Shown: positions 38,420 through 49,857 of the stretch, in pieces | Position numbering within the stretch: position 1 is the first letter of the stretch | Layout: the number at the start of each line of letters is the position of its first letter | Source: Squalus acanthias | Lineage: Eukaryota | Assembly (NCBI GenBank): GCA_030390025.1 | Contig: CM059432.1 | Coordinates: 123,258,001 to 123,322,000 of the forward strand | DNA length: 64,000 nucleotides | Direction: 5' to 3' | Position numbers and translations under genes: made by a program | The notes under the pieces: model-generated | Databases searched by the model: none | What the model was told of the DNA's origin: nothing | The model's input: only the letters and a program-made list of their open reading frames with translations

Positions 38420-39258
38420 GGGGGACGATTTTCCCAGCCCTGGGGAAGCGGGTATGGAGGCGGGACTGCCAGGAAAATGGCAGAGTCTGGGAGCGGGTAC
38501 CCATCCTGCCCCAACACGCCTCTGCGCCATCTTCCCAGGAGGCAGGTACCCGACTCGCGCCGGGTCCCGACTCCTCAAGGCGGGAAGGAGATTAGTGCCA
38601 ATTAACTGCCTGTTAACAGGTAGTTAACAGGAAGATTTTTGGCTAATCCCTATTTTGAGCCTTAAAGTGTGGGCTTCCCGACGGCTCCGAACCTCGCCAG
38701 AGTCAGCAAGGCGAGCTGTGGGTCTGCGGGGGTCGGAGGGGCCGAGATGAGTGAGGTGAGTAATGAGTGCAAGTGTGGAGAGGCAAGTGTGTGAGGTGAT
38801 TCTAAAGTGTTTTAATAAGATTACTTTCCTTTGCTTCTTCCTCCAGGCTTCATCCCTTTAGGCTGCGGAGCTGCCTCATCTCCGCGGCAGGGATGACAGA
38901 ATGGCTGCTGCATTCTCCGATGCAGCAGCCATCTGATTTCTGCTCAGGAAAGAGATTTGGTGAGTCTTGAGTACAATGACTCACCAAAGAACAGAGATTG
39001 TCAGTGTTTGACAGCTTCTCAAAGCTGTCAAACGATGACAATTCATCTGTCAAAAAATTTTGACAGATGAAATGTCATAAGCTGATGTTCTCTGTCACCG
39101 GCTTTCCCTTAATTGGCCTGCCAAGCCCGCTGGGCGGGCTTAACAAGGTCAATCAAGGGAAAATAGCGTGGGTTGGCCGGACGTCGATGGAGGCGGGGCT
39201 AAAACCCGACAAGCAGCAGTCCCGCCTCCATCACGTCCCCATTGATAAAATCACCCCC
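38420..39258. mobile_element. Harbinger-type MITE inserted in the Penelope pLTR
   Basis: Ends GGGGGACGATTTT...AAAATCACCCCC, flanks GTA/GTT. Removing it restores cctgaaacgttaactctg, which mirrors the inverted copy. Confidence 0.85.
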
Positions 39259-40820
39259 GTTAACTCTGTTTCTCTCTCCACAGATGCTGCCTGACCTGCT
39301 GAGTGTTTCCAGCATTTTCTGTTTCTATTTAAACCTTACTATTACTTTATAGGGCCAACGTGAAGTAATACTAATAAAATTCTCCAACATTGCTGCTTGT
39401 TTAATATCCTCAACACACTTATTTGCCTTGTAGTAGTACAGTATTGTGAATGGACTCTTATGAAAAGTTTGCAATTATATTTTTGTAGAGGACATCATTT
39501 GTATGTTTCAACAGGCAGAAGTTAAGCCACCTATTACACGAACATATGAAGATAAGTTTTATTAATGTCCGCTTCCGACTCGGCGCCTTGCCCGCTGGAA
39601 GCACATATCGAATATTGCAGGAGGGCTCGCCATGATTTCCCGATATGCATACTCAGCGGACAAGCCACTTTGGTAAAATTTACTCTATGATTCTCAGATG
39701 GACTCAGAGGGTGCAAGGACACTGTACACAGCAGGGCAGTTTAATCCAGAAACCATAAGTGTTGTGCCAAGGAGACTGGACAGGCACCATTCTGCAGGTT
39801 TTCAATCTGTATCTGAAAGAAGTTGGTTAACACGGAGATGGGATCTGAGTGGGGTGGGGGTGGTTGTGGGGGGGTGGTGCGATAGCGCAAGATCATGGGA
39901 GGCGTGGGAATGCCCCATTTCAACAGGGATGCCTCATTATGATTTTACTTACGGGTTTTACGTCGCCACTGCGTGTGAGTGATGCGTATCCACATGGCGC
40001 GATTTCAACTCGACTACTTAAAGGCCCACTTCACAGATATAATTGGGAGGAGTTGTGTGGATTGTGTTAAGTGAAGTGAAAGTTGTGAGATGGAATCAGG
40101 GAGGGCAAAAGTTGTGTCGTGTTTAATGAGGCATCCCTAGAAGTACTGCTGGGTGCAGTAAGGGTGAGGAAGGAGGTGCTTTTCCCGAGCAATGGCAAGA
40201 AAAAACTGCTGCCACAACAAAGAAGGCATGGCTGTAGGTGGGCCAAGAAGTGAGCAGCCTGAGTATTGTCATGAGGACGTGAATCCAGGGTAGGAAGAAT
40301 TTTTAGGTCAGGAAAAGTTAGCAAAGTTGCAGTTTCGCCTACATCCTGTAGTGCACCCCCTCTCACTGTGTACAATTGTACTCCACTCACATCACTCCTC
40401 ACACCCTCTTCAGTTTCATTGTTCTGTTTCAATGCATTTCCTCACCTCTCCCTTTCTCCATCCACCACTGCCACTCACCCCAATCCTTATATATAATGTG
40501 ATCCCACCTCAGTCAGCTCCCCCAATTCTCAACACACATCCTCAAGTGTGTGTCATGGAGACTTGTGATGCATCTGCCCGATAATCATCCTCACCAAAGA
40601 CACTGCATCCATCGGATGCACACGTGCCTTACAGACACAGAGCTCTGTCGTGCCCCCTTTCAGGAGAAAAGAGCACAGAATAGAAGGGAGAGGACCACCA
40701 CAGATTGAGGAGCTCAGAAATGCCGAGCAGGAGGCTTTGGAGATAAGCAGCATGTCAGCCTCCTTGAGCATCGGAGATGGCGAGACTCGTACTTCATTGC
40801 TGCAGGGTGACAGAATTCAT

Positions 40821-41748
40821 GGCCGGAATTTTAATTTGGAGGCGTGTAGGGAGCGAGGGGGTTGGAAAGCGGTCGGGTAACCCTGGAGAACGGGTTTCCC
40901 GCAGGCCCTGCCGAATTTGATGGCAGGGCCTGATTAGCATTTAGAATCACTGCTTTCTGCCCACAGCCAGCCAGACGGAGAGGCTGGCTGGCTGTCGGGT
41001 GGGTAGGCCTGCGGCAACAGGCCACAGAGAGGAGGGAGGGAGGGATTGGTGGGGGCGGGGGGTGGGGGGAGGTCAGAGGCTGGAGGAGGATCAGGGCTGG
41101 AGGGGGGTGGCTGGAGCAGGATTGAGGCCGGAGGAGGGAGACCGAAGGAGGATCGGGGCCAGAGGGGGAGGTCAGAGGAAGATTGGGGCGGAGCGAGAGG
41201 TCGGGGGAGGATTGGGGCCGGAGGAGGGAGGTCAGAAGGCCAGAGGAGGATTGGGGATTGGGAGCCAAAGGGGGGATCAGAGATCGGAGGCCTCATAGGG
41301 GGGGTCAGAGGCTTTGGGGGGGGGAGGTCGGGAGGAGATCAGAAGGGTCGGGGGACAGATCAGAGGCCTTGGGGGAGATCGGAAGGGTCGGGGTGGCCGA
41401 TTGCGGGGGGTTGGCGAGGCAGGAACACTGGATCCAGTAGGTAAGTAGAAAGGCACTTAGCTCCTGGATCCAGCAGCCCTTGCCTCCCTTTAGCTGGTGG
41501 GTTCCCTGAGGCCTGGGAAACCGGGCAGCCAGAGTTAAATTTAAAAAGGTGGATCACCATAAGGTACGGCGCCTCATTATAATATTTAAATGGGAGACCC
41601 GCCTCCTGGGAGTGCGTTGGCTACCCGCTCCCGTTAAATCCGGAAGTGCACGAGTTGGAGCTGGGTTGGTGTCGGGATTCAGTTTTTTAACTCTTTAACT
41701 TCACGCCCAACCTCAACCTACCCGTTTTTTGGGGTTAAAATTTCCCCC
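40821..41748 (+). mobile_element. Harbinger-type MITE with G-rich core (same family as 62425-63517)
   Basis: Ends GGCCGGAATTTTAA...TTAAAATTTCCCCC, flanks CAT/AAT. Confidence 0.8.
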
Positions 41749-41781
41749 AATCTCTCCGACCTACATCTCCTACAAGACTAA

Positions 41782-43549
41782 GGCAACGATTTTAAGAACC
41801 TCAGCGGGTCCATGGTGGGCGACGTCGGTGGCGGGTCGCAACCCCGCTGCTGTCTCCATCCCGGCCTCTGAAATGAATTTCCCATGATTGGGCTTGTTAA
41901 ACGCGCCCAGCGCGTTTCCCGGCCAATTAGAGGAAGCAGGTCTGGTGACATCATTTGATGATGCGTCATCAGCCGGTTTCCTTAAAGGGACCAGGGCCAA
42001 CTTTCGTTTGACATTTGTGCTGTCAGTATTCTATAGCATTGAGGTGCTGCAAACGCTGACAAGCACTGCACCCAGGCTCTCCCATGACTCCCTCCATATG
42101 CTTATGGAGGGAGTCACAGCACGCAGGGAGGTCCTCTTCCTTTCCCATGGGCGGAAGAGAGCTCCCCAGGAGATCAACACAGCCTGGTTGCACATTGCAC
42201 AGGAGGGCAAAAGCAGGGATGTGGTCAGGAGGACCTGGGTGCAGTGCCGCAAACCTTTCAATGATTTCAGTAGATCGCAAAACGTTAGTACAAAGCCACA
42301 CTCAACCTCATCCTGCTGTGCCTCTCATCACATTCCCATCACTCTGCCTTCCCTACCCTACTCCTGCACATCTTTACTCACACCAACTTACCTTTCACCT
42401 CCACCCATCCCTCTCTATCTACATTATCACATCCCCATCTCACTAGCCACCCCTCACACTCACCTTCATCCTAGTGCAATCATACCAACTAACAACATAC
42501 AAGGGTAGGCACTTGGGTGTTTTATGCAATGTTCATGTAAAGCTGCTATTAATTTTGTGTCAAACATTGAAATCTTTATTTTCAACACTTTGGACAGATT
42601 TGTGTGCACCTTTGGAAGTGGCTTAGTGAGTTGTAGTGAATGGTGAGACATAACGGTACCCCCCGCAATGGTGATGAATGTGAAAGGAATGGCTTGGGCA
42701 TTGTAGGGATGCTTTATGGTGTTGGTATGGGGTGGTGTCAACCTGGCGCATCATGTGGCAGCCAGGGTGTACAGCATCAAGTGAAGTAAATCTGGCCATG
42801 GTGATGCCATCGCTGGCCTCCCGGGCAGCAATGTGGTCGGGTGCTGATGCCCTGTGTCCTGCGCAGCATCAGGTGATTGCGGAGAAGGATGGTGGTGTTG
42901 TTGTTGGTGCTGCTGGTGTGCCTGGTGCTGCTAGTGTTGGGGCTGATCGTGGTGGGAGTCTGAGGACCAAGCTATAAATGGCAGACATGCTGATGGAATA
43001 GATGGCAGGTGAAGTAGAGATGGCAGAAGCGATCTGTCAACGGTGAGAGAGGTAATGAGGTCAGACTTGTGTAAAGACTTGCAGCATGGTAAATCTGTGA
43101 GGAAGAGTTTGTGGCTGAGGGAAGATATCTCTGTAAGGTGGGAGCTTTTGCATTACATTGCTGATGTCAACTCTTTACTTGTCCCATTACCATATCCTTT
43201 TGCTGCTGTCAACTCAACAGCTGATTCAATGGCCACTGAACTCCTACTTCAACTTGACAGACGTGGTCCCCGACCAGTATGGACCCCATTGGCGAGCTGT
43301 TAAATGCAGAAGGTGAGCTGAAATTAATTCTTAAGTTGTTCTAACCAAGCCACTAATTATCTGAATTGGATCTCCCGCTGTGAACCTGCCACTACCTGTC
43401 GGGTCTGCTCAGCGCTCGCAGACCCGACATCGGGGAAAGGCGCATGGCGGCGGGTTCACAGCGGGGTCCCGACCCGCTGGGGAAAATAAACACTTTCCCA
43501 ACCGACCCGCCACCGATCGCGCCTGCTGACCCCCTGCAAAATCCAGCCC
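41782..43549 (+). mobile_element. Non-autonomous Harbinger derivative, sister of 35014-36798
   Basis: Ends GGCAACGATTTT...AAAATCCAGCCC, perfect TSD TAA in gac-TAA-gtc. ORF 41888-42508 (APRLSHDSLHMLMEGV...RRTWVQCRKPFNDF). Confidence 0.87.
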
Positions 43550-44282
43550 TAAGTCATCTTGACTTGAATTTAGCACCAAATGAAATATGATCACCTTAAT
43601 CATGTGCATTTCAACATTCGTACGTTCCCATGACTACATCATATCCATCTCTTCTCTCCTCCAGGGTCATCAAATGAAGAACAGCAGCCTGTGCCTATTG
43701 CAGATGAGGATTCCTCAGAGAAGTCGGTTTCTTCTGAGGGTGCACCGTCAAAGGACACATGTGAACAGGCACCGGTGCAGATACAAGCATTTCGGTGGGT
43801 CCTTTTAGACACCTAGGTGGGATGTCACCTGGTGCGTCGCACGGCACAAGTGAGCATGAGCACAGTGGTGGGCAGGCACAGCTGTGGACAGCCGCGTCAG
43901 AGGGTGCACTTCTCTCCAAGCTCTGCTCAGCTGGACAGAGATGCTGAACCCGGGTGGCCATCAATGAAAAGGAGAATGATAGAGTGTCTGCAGCAAATAT
44001 GCTAGGCACTGGCAGTCCTGCCATGCACACTTTCCACAATTTCACAAAGTTTTTATTTCCAGACCTGCTAGAACATCATGTTAAAAAATAACAAAAGCAA
44101 TACAAGCGAAGTGTAATTGCTACAATGTGCTTACTCCCATCAGGGAGCGAGTGAGCGTTCAATTAACAATGTACAAGTGCCATACATATTAGTATACATC
44201 GAAGCTAAACACATAATAATAGTTATTACATAACATTGTTTTTACTATGTTAAAGGTGCTATATAAATGCAAGTTGTTGCAA

Positions 44283-44718
44283 GGGGCAACACGGTGGCAT
44301 AGTGGTTAGCACTGGTGCCTCACAGCGCCAGAGACCCGGGTTCGAATCTGACCTCGGGTGACTGTCTGTGTGGAGTTTGCACATTCTCCCCGTGTCTGCG
44401 TGGGTTTCCTCCGGGTGCTCCGGTTTCCTCCCACAGTCCAAAAATGTGTGGGTTAGGTTGATTTGGCTATGATAAATTGACCCTTAGTGTTAGGGGGGAT
44501 TAAATATGTGGGGTTATGGGGATAGGATGGGATATGTTAGGGGGAATTAAATACGTGGGGTTACGGGGGTAGGGTGGGATATGTGTACTGTGGGGATTAA
44601 AGCAGGGACAGGGTACTGGATTTGGATGATCAGCCATGATCGTATTGAATGGCGGAGCAGGCTCGACGGGCCGAATGGCCTACTCCTGCTCCTAGATTCT
44701 ATGTTTCTATGTTTCTAT
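44283..44718 (+). mobile_element. HE1-like V-SINE, full length
   Basis: A box tggcatagtggttag, B box ggttcgaatc, V-domain, CR1-derived tail gggccgaatggcctactcctgctcc...(TTCTATGT)n. Confidence 0.92.
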
Positions 44719-45050
44719 AACTATTACAAGAAAACCATGTATGTCTTTACAATGTTTGAAATTGAATACTAGTTCTATTCTCTACTTTAAACAATATAAA
44801 GAAAAGTAACAAAGGGATACTACTTAATGAATATAAAAAGTTGAACTATTATTAGTGTTCTATGACCATGTTCCATGACCATGTTCCATTTACAAGTTCT
44901 ATAAAGGATTATCTGCTGGAGATCCATCACATGTAGGATCCTTCACAGGGTTGCACTCTGTATTCCGTGGAAGAGCTTGATGCTGGCCCCAGAACCCCCA
45001 CAGATTGGTCTACAGAATAGGGATGCCAACTCTGGTTTGACGTATTCCTG

Positions 45051-45145
45051 GACATTTGATCATGTGACATTTGATCACATGGCATTCGATCTTGTGACAC
45101 CACTCGTAGTGCTTAATCACATGACATTTGATCATGTGACATTTG
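45051..45145. repeat. Imperfect 15-bp tandem repeat (GACATTTGATCAYRT)
   Basis: gacatttgatcatgt gacatttgatcacat ggcattcgatcttgt...gacatttgatcatgt gacattt. Follows a tagggatgccaac TIR-like motif at 45018. Confidence 0.6.
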
Positions 45146-46332
45146 CCCACGGTTTGTAAATGTTATTTTATTTATCTTAGTTGAGTGTCTCAGTATCACC
45201 AGGCCCCGAATAAAATATTTGACTTTTTGTTTTGTAGTGAGATGAATAACATAATTTATAAATCAAAGAAAGAACACAAAAGAATAGAAAGATTTAAGGA
45301 TAAGTAATGTTTAAAGAAAAACTACTTCTGTGATGTTTCTACAGTATTGAACCGCACTGAGAAACACCGAGTAAATTCCACTGATTGGCTGCAAGCCACG
45401 ACAGCCAGGGTACTGCGCATCGGTGAACCATGCATTCAAGGACCGTTTCTCCTGAATTGCCAGCAGCAACGCTCGGGAGACCAATCGCCCATTCTGGTAG
45501 ACTCCCGCCCAAAGCGGGAGGGTTGGAGACCCTACTACAGAAGCCGTTACTCTGCAGCTGTAAGGAGAAAGGCCACGGATTTCTTCTCAGCTTGGTGGAT
45601 AGATTAACTTCAAGCCAACCTCTTATACCAGAGCTGTACACCCATGTTGTATAACTAAACCACGTTATACAATATTGTCATCTCAAAGTGCATCTAGGAC
45701 TGAGCAGACCAAACCGTGTCACAGACAATGTCAATGATCTGATGAAGCAGCTGAATATACTTCTTCATTGTACTCTAGGTGCATGGTTGGGGTCTTGGAA
45801 GACCAGCACCTATCAGTTAACTGATGTGCCCCTTGATTGTGTTTGGGGCCTGCAAAGAATTATCAAGAGTTGGTCTTTGCAGGAATTTGGCTGGTGCGTC
45901 ATTGGTCTGTCACTTGCAGCACAGTATGAGGTCTGCTCCCTGCATTCTGTGCCCATCTTCTGAGAGTGTGGTGTGTGCTTTCAGACATATTCATCTTCAT
46001 CAGCCTCCTGCTCTGATAGCCTGCTGGAGTCTTGGAGTGACTCCAAACAAAGACCACGTGAAAGAATTATCTGTGGAGATATGAAAGGAACATTGCATTA
46101 CCAGGTTCTGAGCTAGATATGCTTCAATATTAAAACTTACCAAGGATTTAACAATAAGGCCATTCTAGACAAAAATGAACCAATCATCAAATTATTTACT
46201 TTAGCATAGTAACTAATTACGAACACAGGATATTATGCACAGTGCTTTGCAAGACTTCACTGAATATTATTACCAAATTTATTATTGAAGAATATTGCTA
46301 TAAGTAACTTAAAAAAAAAGTATATAGCTTAC

Positions 46333-46455
46333 CAGAATCAGCAGCAGTTTCAAAGGATGTGATGATGTCTTTTTCTCCCAGGTGATTGAAAAGTCTGTCA
46401 CTTTTTCTGGCTTTGAAAGGAATTTTCTGCAGGGCACCAAAGCTCAGTTTGTCAC
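46333..46455 (-). CDS. Candidate alternative (cassette) coding exon inside the DOK6 intron, 41 aa
   Basis: tgttctacag|GT...TCTG|gtaagc. 123 nt, open in phase 1-1: (G)DKLSFGALQKIPFKARKSDRLFNHLGEKDIITSFETAADS. Lies in sequence with no recognisable repeat. The polypyrimidine tract is weak. Confidence 0.5.
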
Positions 46456-47225
46456 CTGTAGAACATTTCCTAGTGCGCTGATTTACATCTTATCACACAT
46501 CGTGTCACACATTTGAGAGTATTTATTATCTTTCTGCTATACTTTGCATTTCTATAGAATTCTGAGATTTTGTTAGTGGATTCCAAAATGACATTTGATT
46601 TTGAAACAGGATATACAGACACTGACACCCTCATTAAGTATAAATGGACTAACCAAACAAAATACATCATTAAATGGCCTTTATTCTGCCTGAATGAAAT
46701 TAAAATTCAACAGATAATCATCTGTAGCAATGGTCATATACTTTTCAAAAGTTTAGTTAATTCCATATTCTTTGACCTCTCAAACCATATATTACTCCGT
46801 GTTATTTACCACTTTAAGTGCACACAAGCCTTTTATATGCATAAATAGCATCTCTAGGTTTCAATAAAGCTTACAGCTTTATGAGCTTTGAGTTACTGCA
46901 GACTTGTCTCTCATGCATTATTAAAAACTGCAGTTTCCCCTATTTCAAAGCATAATTCCTGTCAGCTTCATAAATTCCTACTTAGCTAACCAGACAACTC
47001 TCGTCTTGAACATTCATGTTGGAGGTCTGTCAGGAGAAGAAATAAAACGTAGTGCTCAGTTGTTTAAAATACATATTTTTCGTAAAACTGACAGAAGAGA
47101 GTCTTTGATAAGGGGACACTATTCCTCAGTTGCTGGCATTCTTACACTGAGGGATGAATTGTATTCTCGAAGGGTGTATTGTTGGGGGTGATCTTGCACC
47201 AGACCATGCAATGGCTTGAGGCATC

Positions 47226-47883
47226 GGGGGGCATTTTAACCCACCCACGAACGTGCCTGCTTCCGGTTTAGCCGTGGCTGGTTTGGGGGGTGTCTCAGTA
47301 ACCCGCTCTGGAGAGGCAGGTCAGTGATTATAATATTTAAATGAGGCTGCGTTCCTCAGATTTTGGAAGCCAGTTAAATTTAACAGCTGCAGGCCAGTTT
47401 CCCAGGGCTCGAGAAACTCGGCAGCTAAAGGGGGGCAGGAGCTGCCAGATCCAGCAGGTTAAGTGCTTTTCCAGCACTGCTTGTGGGCCAGGAGGAGCAG
47501 GAGTGTTTCCCCCCCTCCCCCCCAACCACCCCGGCCCCTCAAGCAAAGCTTCTGTCACGATCTCTCCCTCTCAGTGATCGTCCAACCCCCCTCAACCTCT
47601 CCTCCCCGCGATTTCTCCCCCCCCCCCATAATCTCTCCCTCCCTCCGAGCACCCCCCACCAACACCCAATCTTCTCAGATTGCCAGGGGCCGTCCCTAGC
47701 TGCGACCTTCTACCGCACGCTTTCCTGCCCGGCAGTCGGCTAGGAAACGAGGTGTAAACAATTCTAATGTGGTCCTGCCGCAAAATTCAGCAGGACCTGC
47801 GCCTTTCTGCTATTTCCAGGTTTCCCGGCCACAAACATGCACCCCCCTCGCTCCCTCCCAGCCTCCCCGTAAATACCGGGGCC
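47226..47883. mobile_element. Harbinger-type MITE
   Basis: Ends GGGGGGCATTTTA...TAAATACCGGGGCC, TSD ATC. Confidence 0.75.
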
Positions 47884-49214
47884 ATCGTTTCAGTTACTCT
47901 CATCATCTTTGAACATTTAGGGAACAGTGATCATAGTATCATAAGGTTTAGATTAGTTATGGAAAAGGACAGGGAGCAATCTAGAGTAAAAATGTTTAAC
48001 TGGGATAAAGCCAATTTCAGTGGGATGAGAACGGATCTGACCCGGGTAAACTGGAATCAAAGATTGGCAGGCAAAACTGTAATGGAACAATGGGCTGCCT
48101 TTAAAGAGGAAATAGTTCAGGTACAGTTGAAGTACATTCCCACTAGGGGGAAAGGCAGGGCAACTAAAGTCAGGGCTCCCTGGATGATGAAAGAGATAGA
48201 GAATATGATGAAGCAGAAAAAGAACACGTATGACAGATGTCAGGTTGCAAATACATCTGAGAATCTGGCTATATATAGAAAGGTCAGAGGAGAAGTGAAA
48301 AAGAAAATAAGAGGGTCAAAGGGAGGGTATGAGAATAGAATGGCAGCCAACATAAAAGGTAACCAAAAGTCTTCTATAGGCATATAAATAGTAAAAGGAT
48401 AGTAAGAGCAGGAGTGGGGCTGATTAGGGACCAAAAAGGAGACCTACGCATGGAGGCAGAGTGTATGGCTGAGGTACTAAATGAGTACTTTGCATCTGTC
48501 TTCACCAGGAAGAGGATGCTGCCACAGACATAGTAAAGGAGGAGGTAGTGGAGATACTTGATAGGATAAAAATTGATAAAGAGGAGGTATTAGAAAGGCT
48601 GGCTGTACTTAAAGTAGATAAGTCACCAGGACTGGATGGGATGCATCAAAGGGAATTGAGGGAGGAAATCACGGAGGTACTGGCCATAATCTTCCAATTC
48701 TCCTAAGATATGGGGGTGGTGCCTGAGGATTGGAGAATTGCAAATGTTACACCATTGTTCAAAAAAGGGTGTAAAGATAAACCCAGCATCTACAGGCCAG
48801 TCAGTTTGACCTCGGTAGTGGTAAAGCTTTTAGAAACAGTAATCAGTGACAAAATTAACAGTCACTTGGACAAGTGTGGATTAATTAAGCAAAGCCAGCA
48901 TGGGATTTGTTAAAGGCAAATCATGGTTAACTAACTTGATTGAGTTCTTTGATGAGGTAACAGAGAGGGTTGATGAGGGTAATGCAGTTGACGTAGTGTT
49001 CGTGGATTTCCAAAAGGCATTCGACAAAGGGCCACATAATAGGCTTGCCAGCAAAGTTGAAGCCCATGGAATAAAAGGAACAGTAGCAACATGGATACAG
49101 AATTGGCTAAGTGACAGGAAACAGAGAGTAGTGGTGAACAGTTATTTTTCAGACTGGAGGAAGGTATAAAGTGGTGTTCCGTAGGGGTCAGTTCTAGGAC
49201 CACTGCTTTTCTTG

Positions 49215-49857
49215 GCCTGAGCGAGAACACTGATGTTGGTGCGCCTATCCTGCCAATGGATTTGCAGGATCTTACGGAGGCAGCGTCGGTGGTACCTCTC
49301 CAGTGCTTTGAGGTGCCTGCTGTACATGGTCCATATCTCTGAGGCATACAGGAGGGCGGGTACAGGCCAACATCCCCAGCATCGAAGCTTTGACCACGCT
49401 CGATCAGCTCCGATGGACGGGTCACATCATCCGCATGCCCGATACAAAACAAGCGCTCTACTCAGAGCTCCGACACGGCAAGAGAGCCCCAGTTGGGCAG
49501 AGGAAACGCTTCAAGGACACCCTCAAAGCCTCCTTGAAAAAGTGCAACATCCCCACCGACACCTGGGAATCCCTGGCCCAAGACCGCACAAAGTGGAGGA
49601 GAAGCATCGGGGAAGGTGCCGAACACCTCGAGTCTCTTCGCCGGGAGCAAGCGGAAGCCAAGCGCAGGCAGCGCAAGGAGCGCACGTCAACCCAAGCACC
49701 CCACCCAGCCGCCCCTTGAACCACCGTCTGCCCCACCTGTGACAGATACTGTAGGTCCCGCATTGGACTCATCAGTCACCTGAGAACTCATTTTTAATGT
49801 GGAAGCAAGTCATCCTCGGTTCCGAGGGACTGCCTAAAAGAAAAGAAAAAGAAAAAA
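49215..49857 (+). mobile_element. RTE (BovB-like) LINE 3' fragment with 5' inversion
   Basis: + part: QANIPSIEALTT...LRWTGHIIRMPD...LYSELRHGKR...RFKDTLKASLK. Inverted part: YSRHLKALERYHRRCLRKILQIHWQDRRTNISVLAQA. A-rich tail, 10-bp TSD GCTTTTCTTG (49205-14, 49858-67). Confidence 0.9.

Larger units (their letters stand above)
37776..39325 (+). mobile_element. Penelope-like element remnant (GIY-YIG C-terminus and 3' pLTR with an inverted pLTR copy)
   Basis: LPVACHFNSPLHSHSDLSVLGLLHCSNEAQR*LEEQHLIFRLGTLQPSGLNIEFNNF. 37812-37945 is the inverted copy of 38351-38419 plus 39259-39330. 16-bp flanking duplication TATTTAAACCTTACTA (37760-75, 39326-41). Confidence 0.88.
40090..44040 (+). pseudogene. Older Harbinger Myb-like gene remnant whose second intron hosts two younger Harbinger elements
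   Basis: Exon 1-like FNEASLEVLLGAVRVRKEVLFPSNGKKK (~40120), exon 2-like ttcag|gagaaaagagcacagaat...cagg|gtgacag (40664-40806), exon 3-like ctccag|ggtcatca...gatgaggattcctcagag (~43665). Colinear with 14701-16560. Confidence 0.65.

Noticed and set aside
40831..41444. Pro-rich and Gly-rich ORFs (also 62899-63520)
   Set aside because: Translations of G-rich MITE cores, open because of low stop-codon density.
44283..44360. tRNA genes (also 18190-18255 and 20170-20242)
   Set aside because: These are tRNA-derived SINE heads that continue directly into the V-domain, with no complete acceptor stem or terminator.
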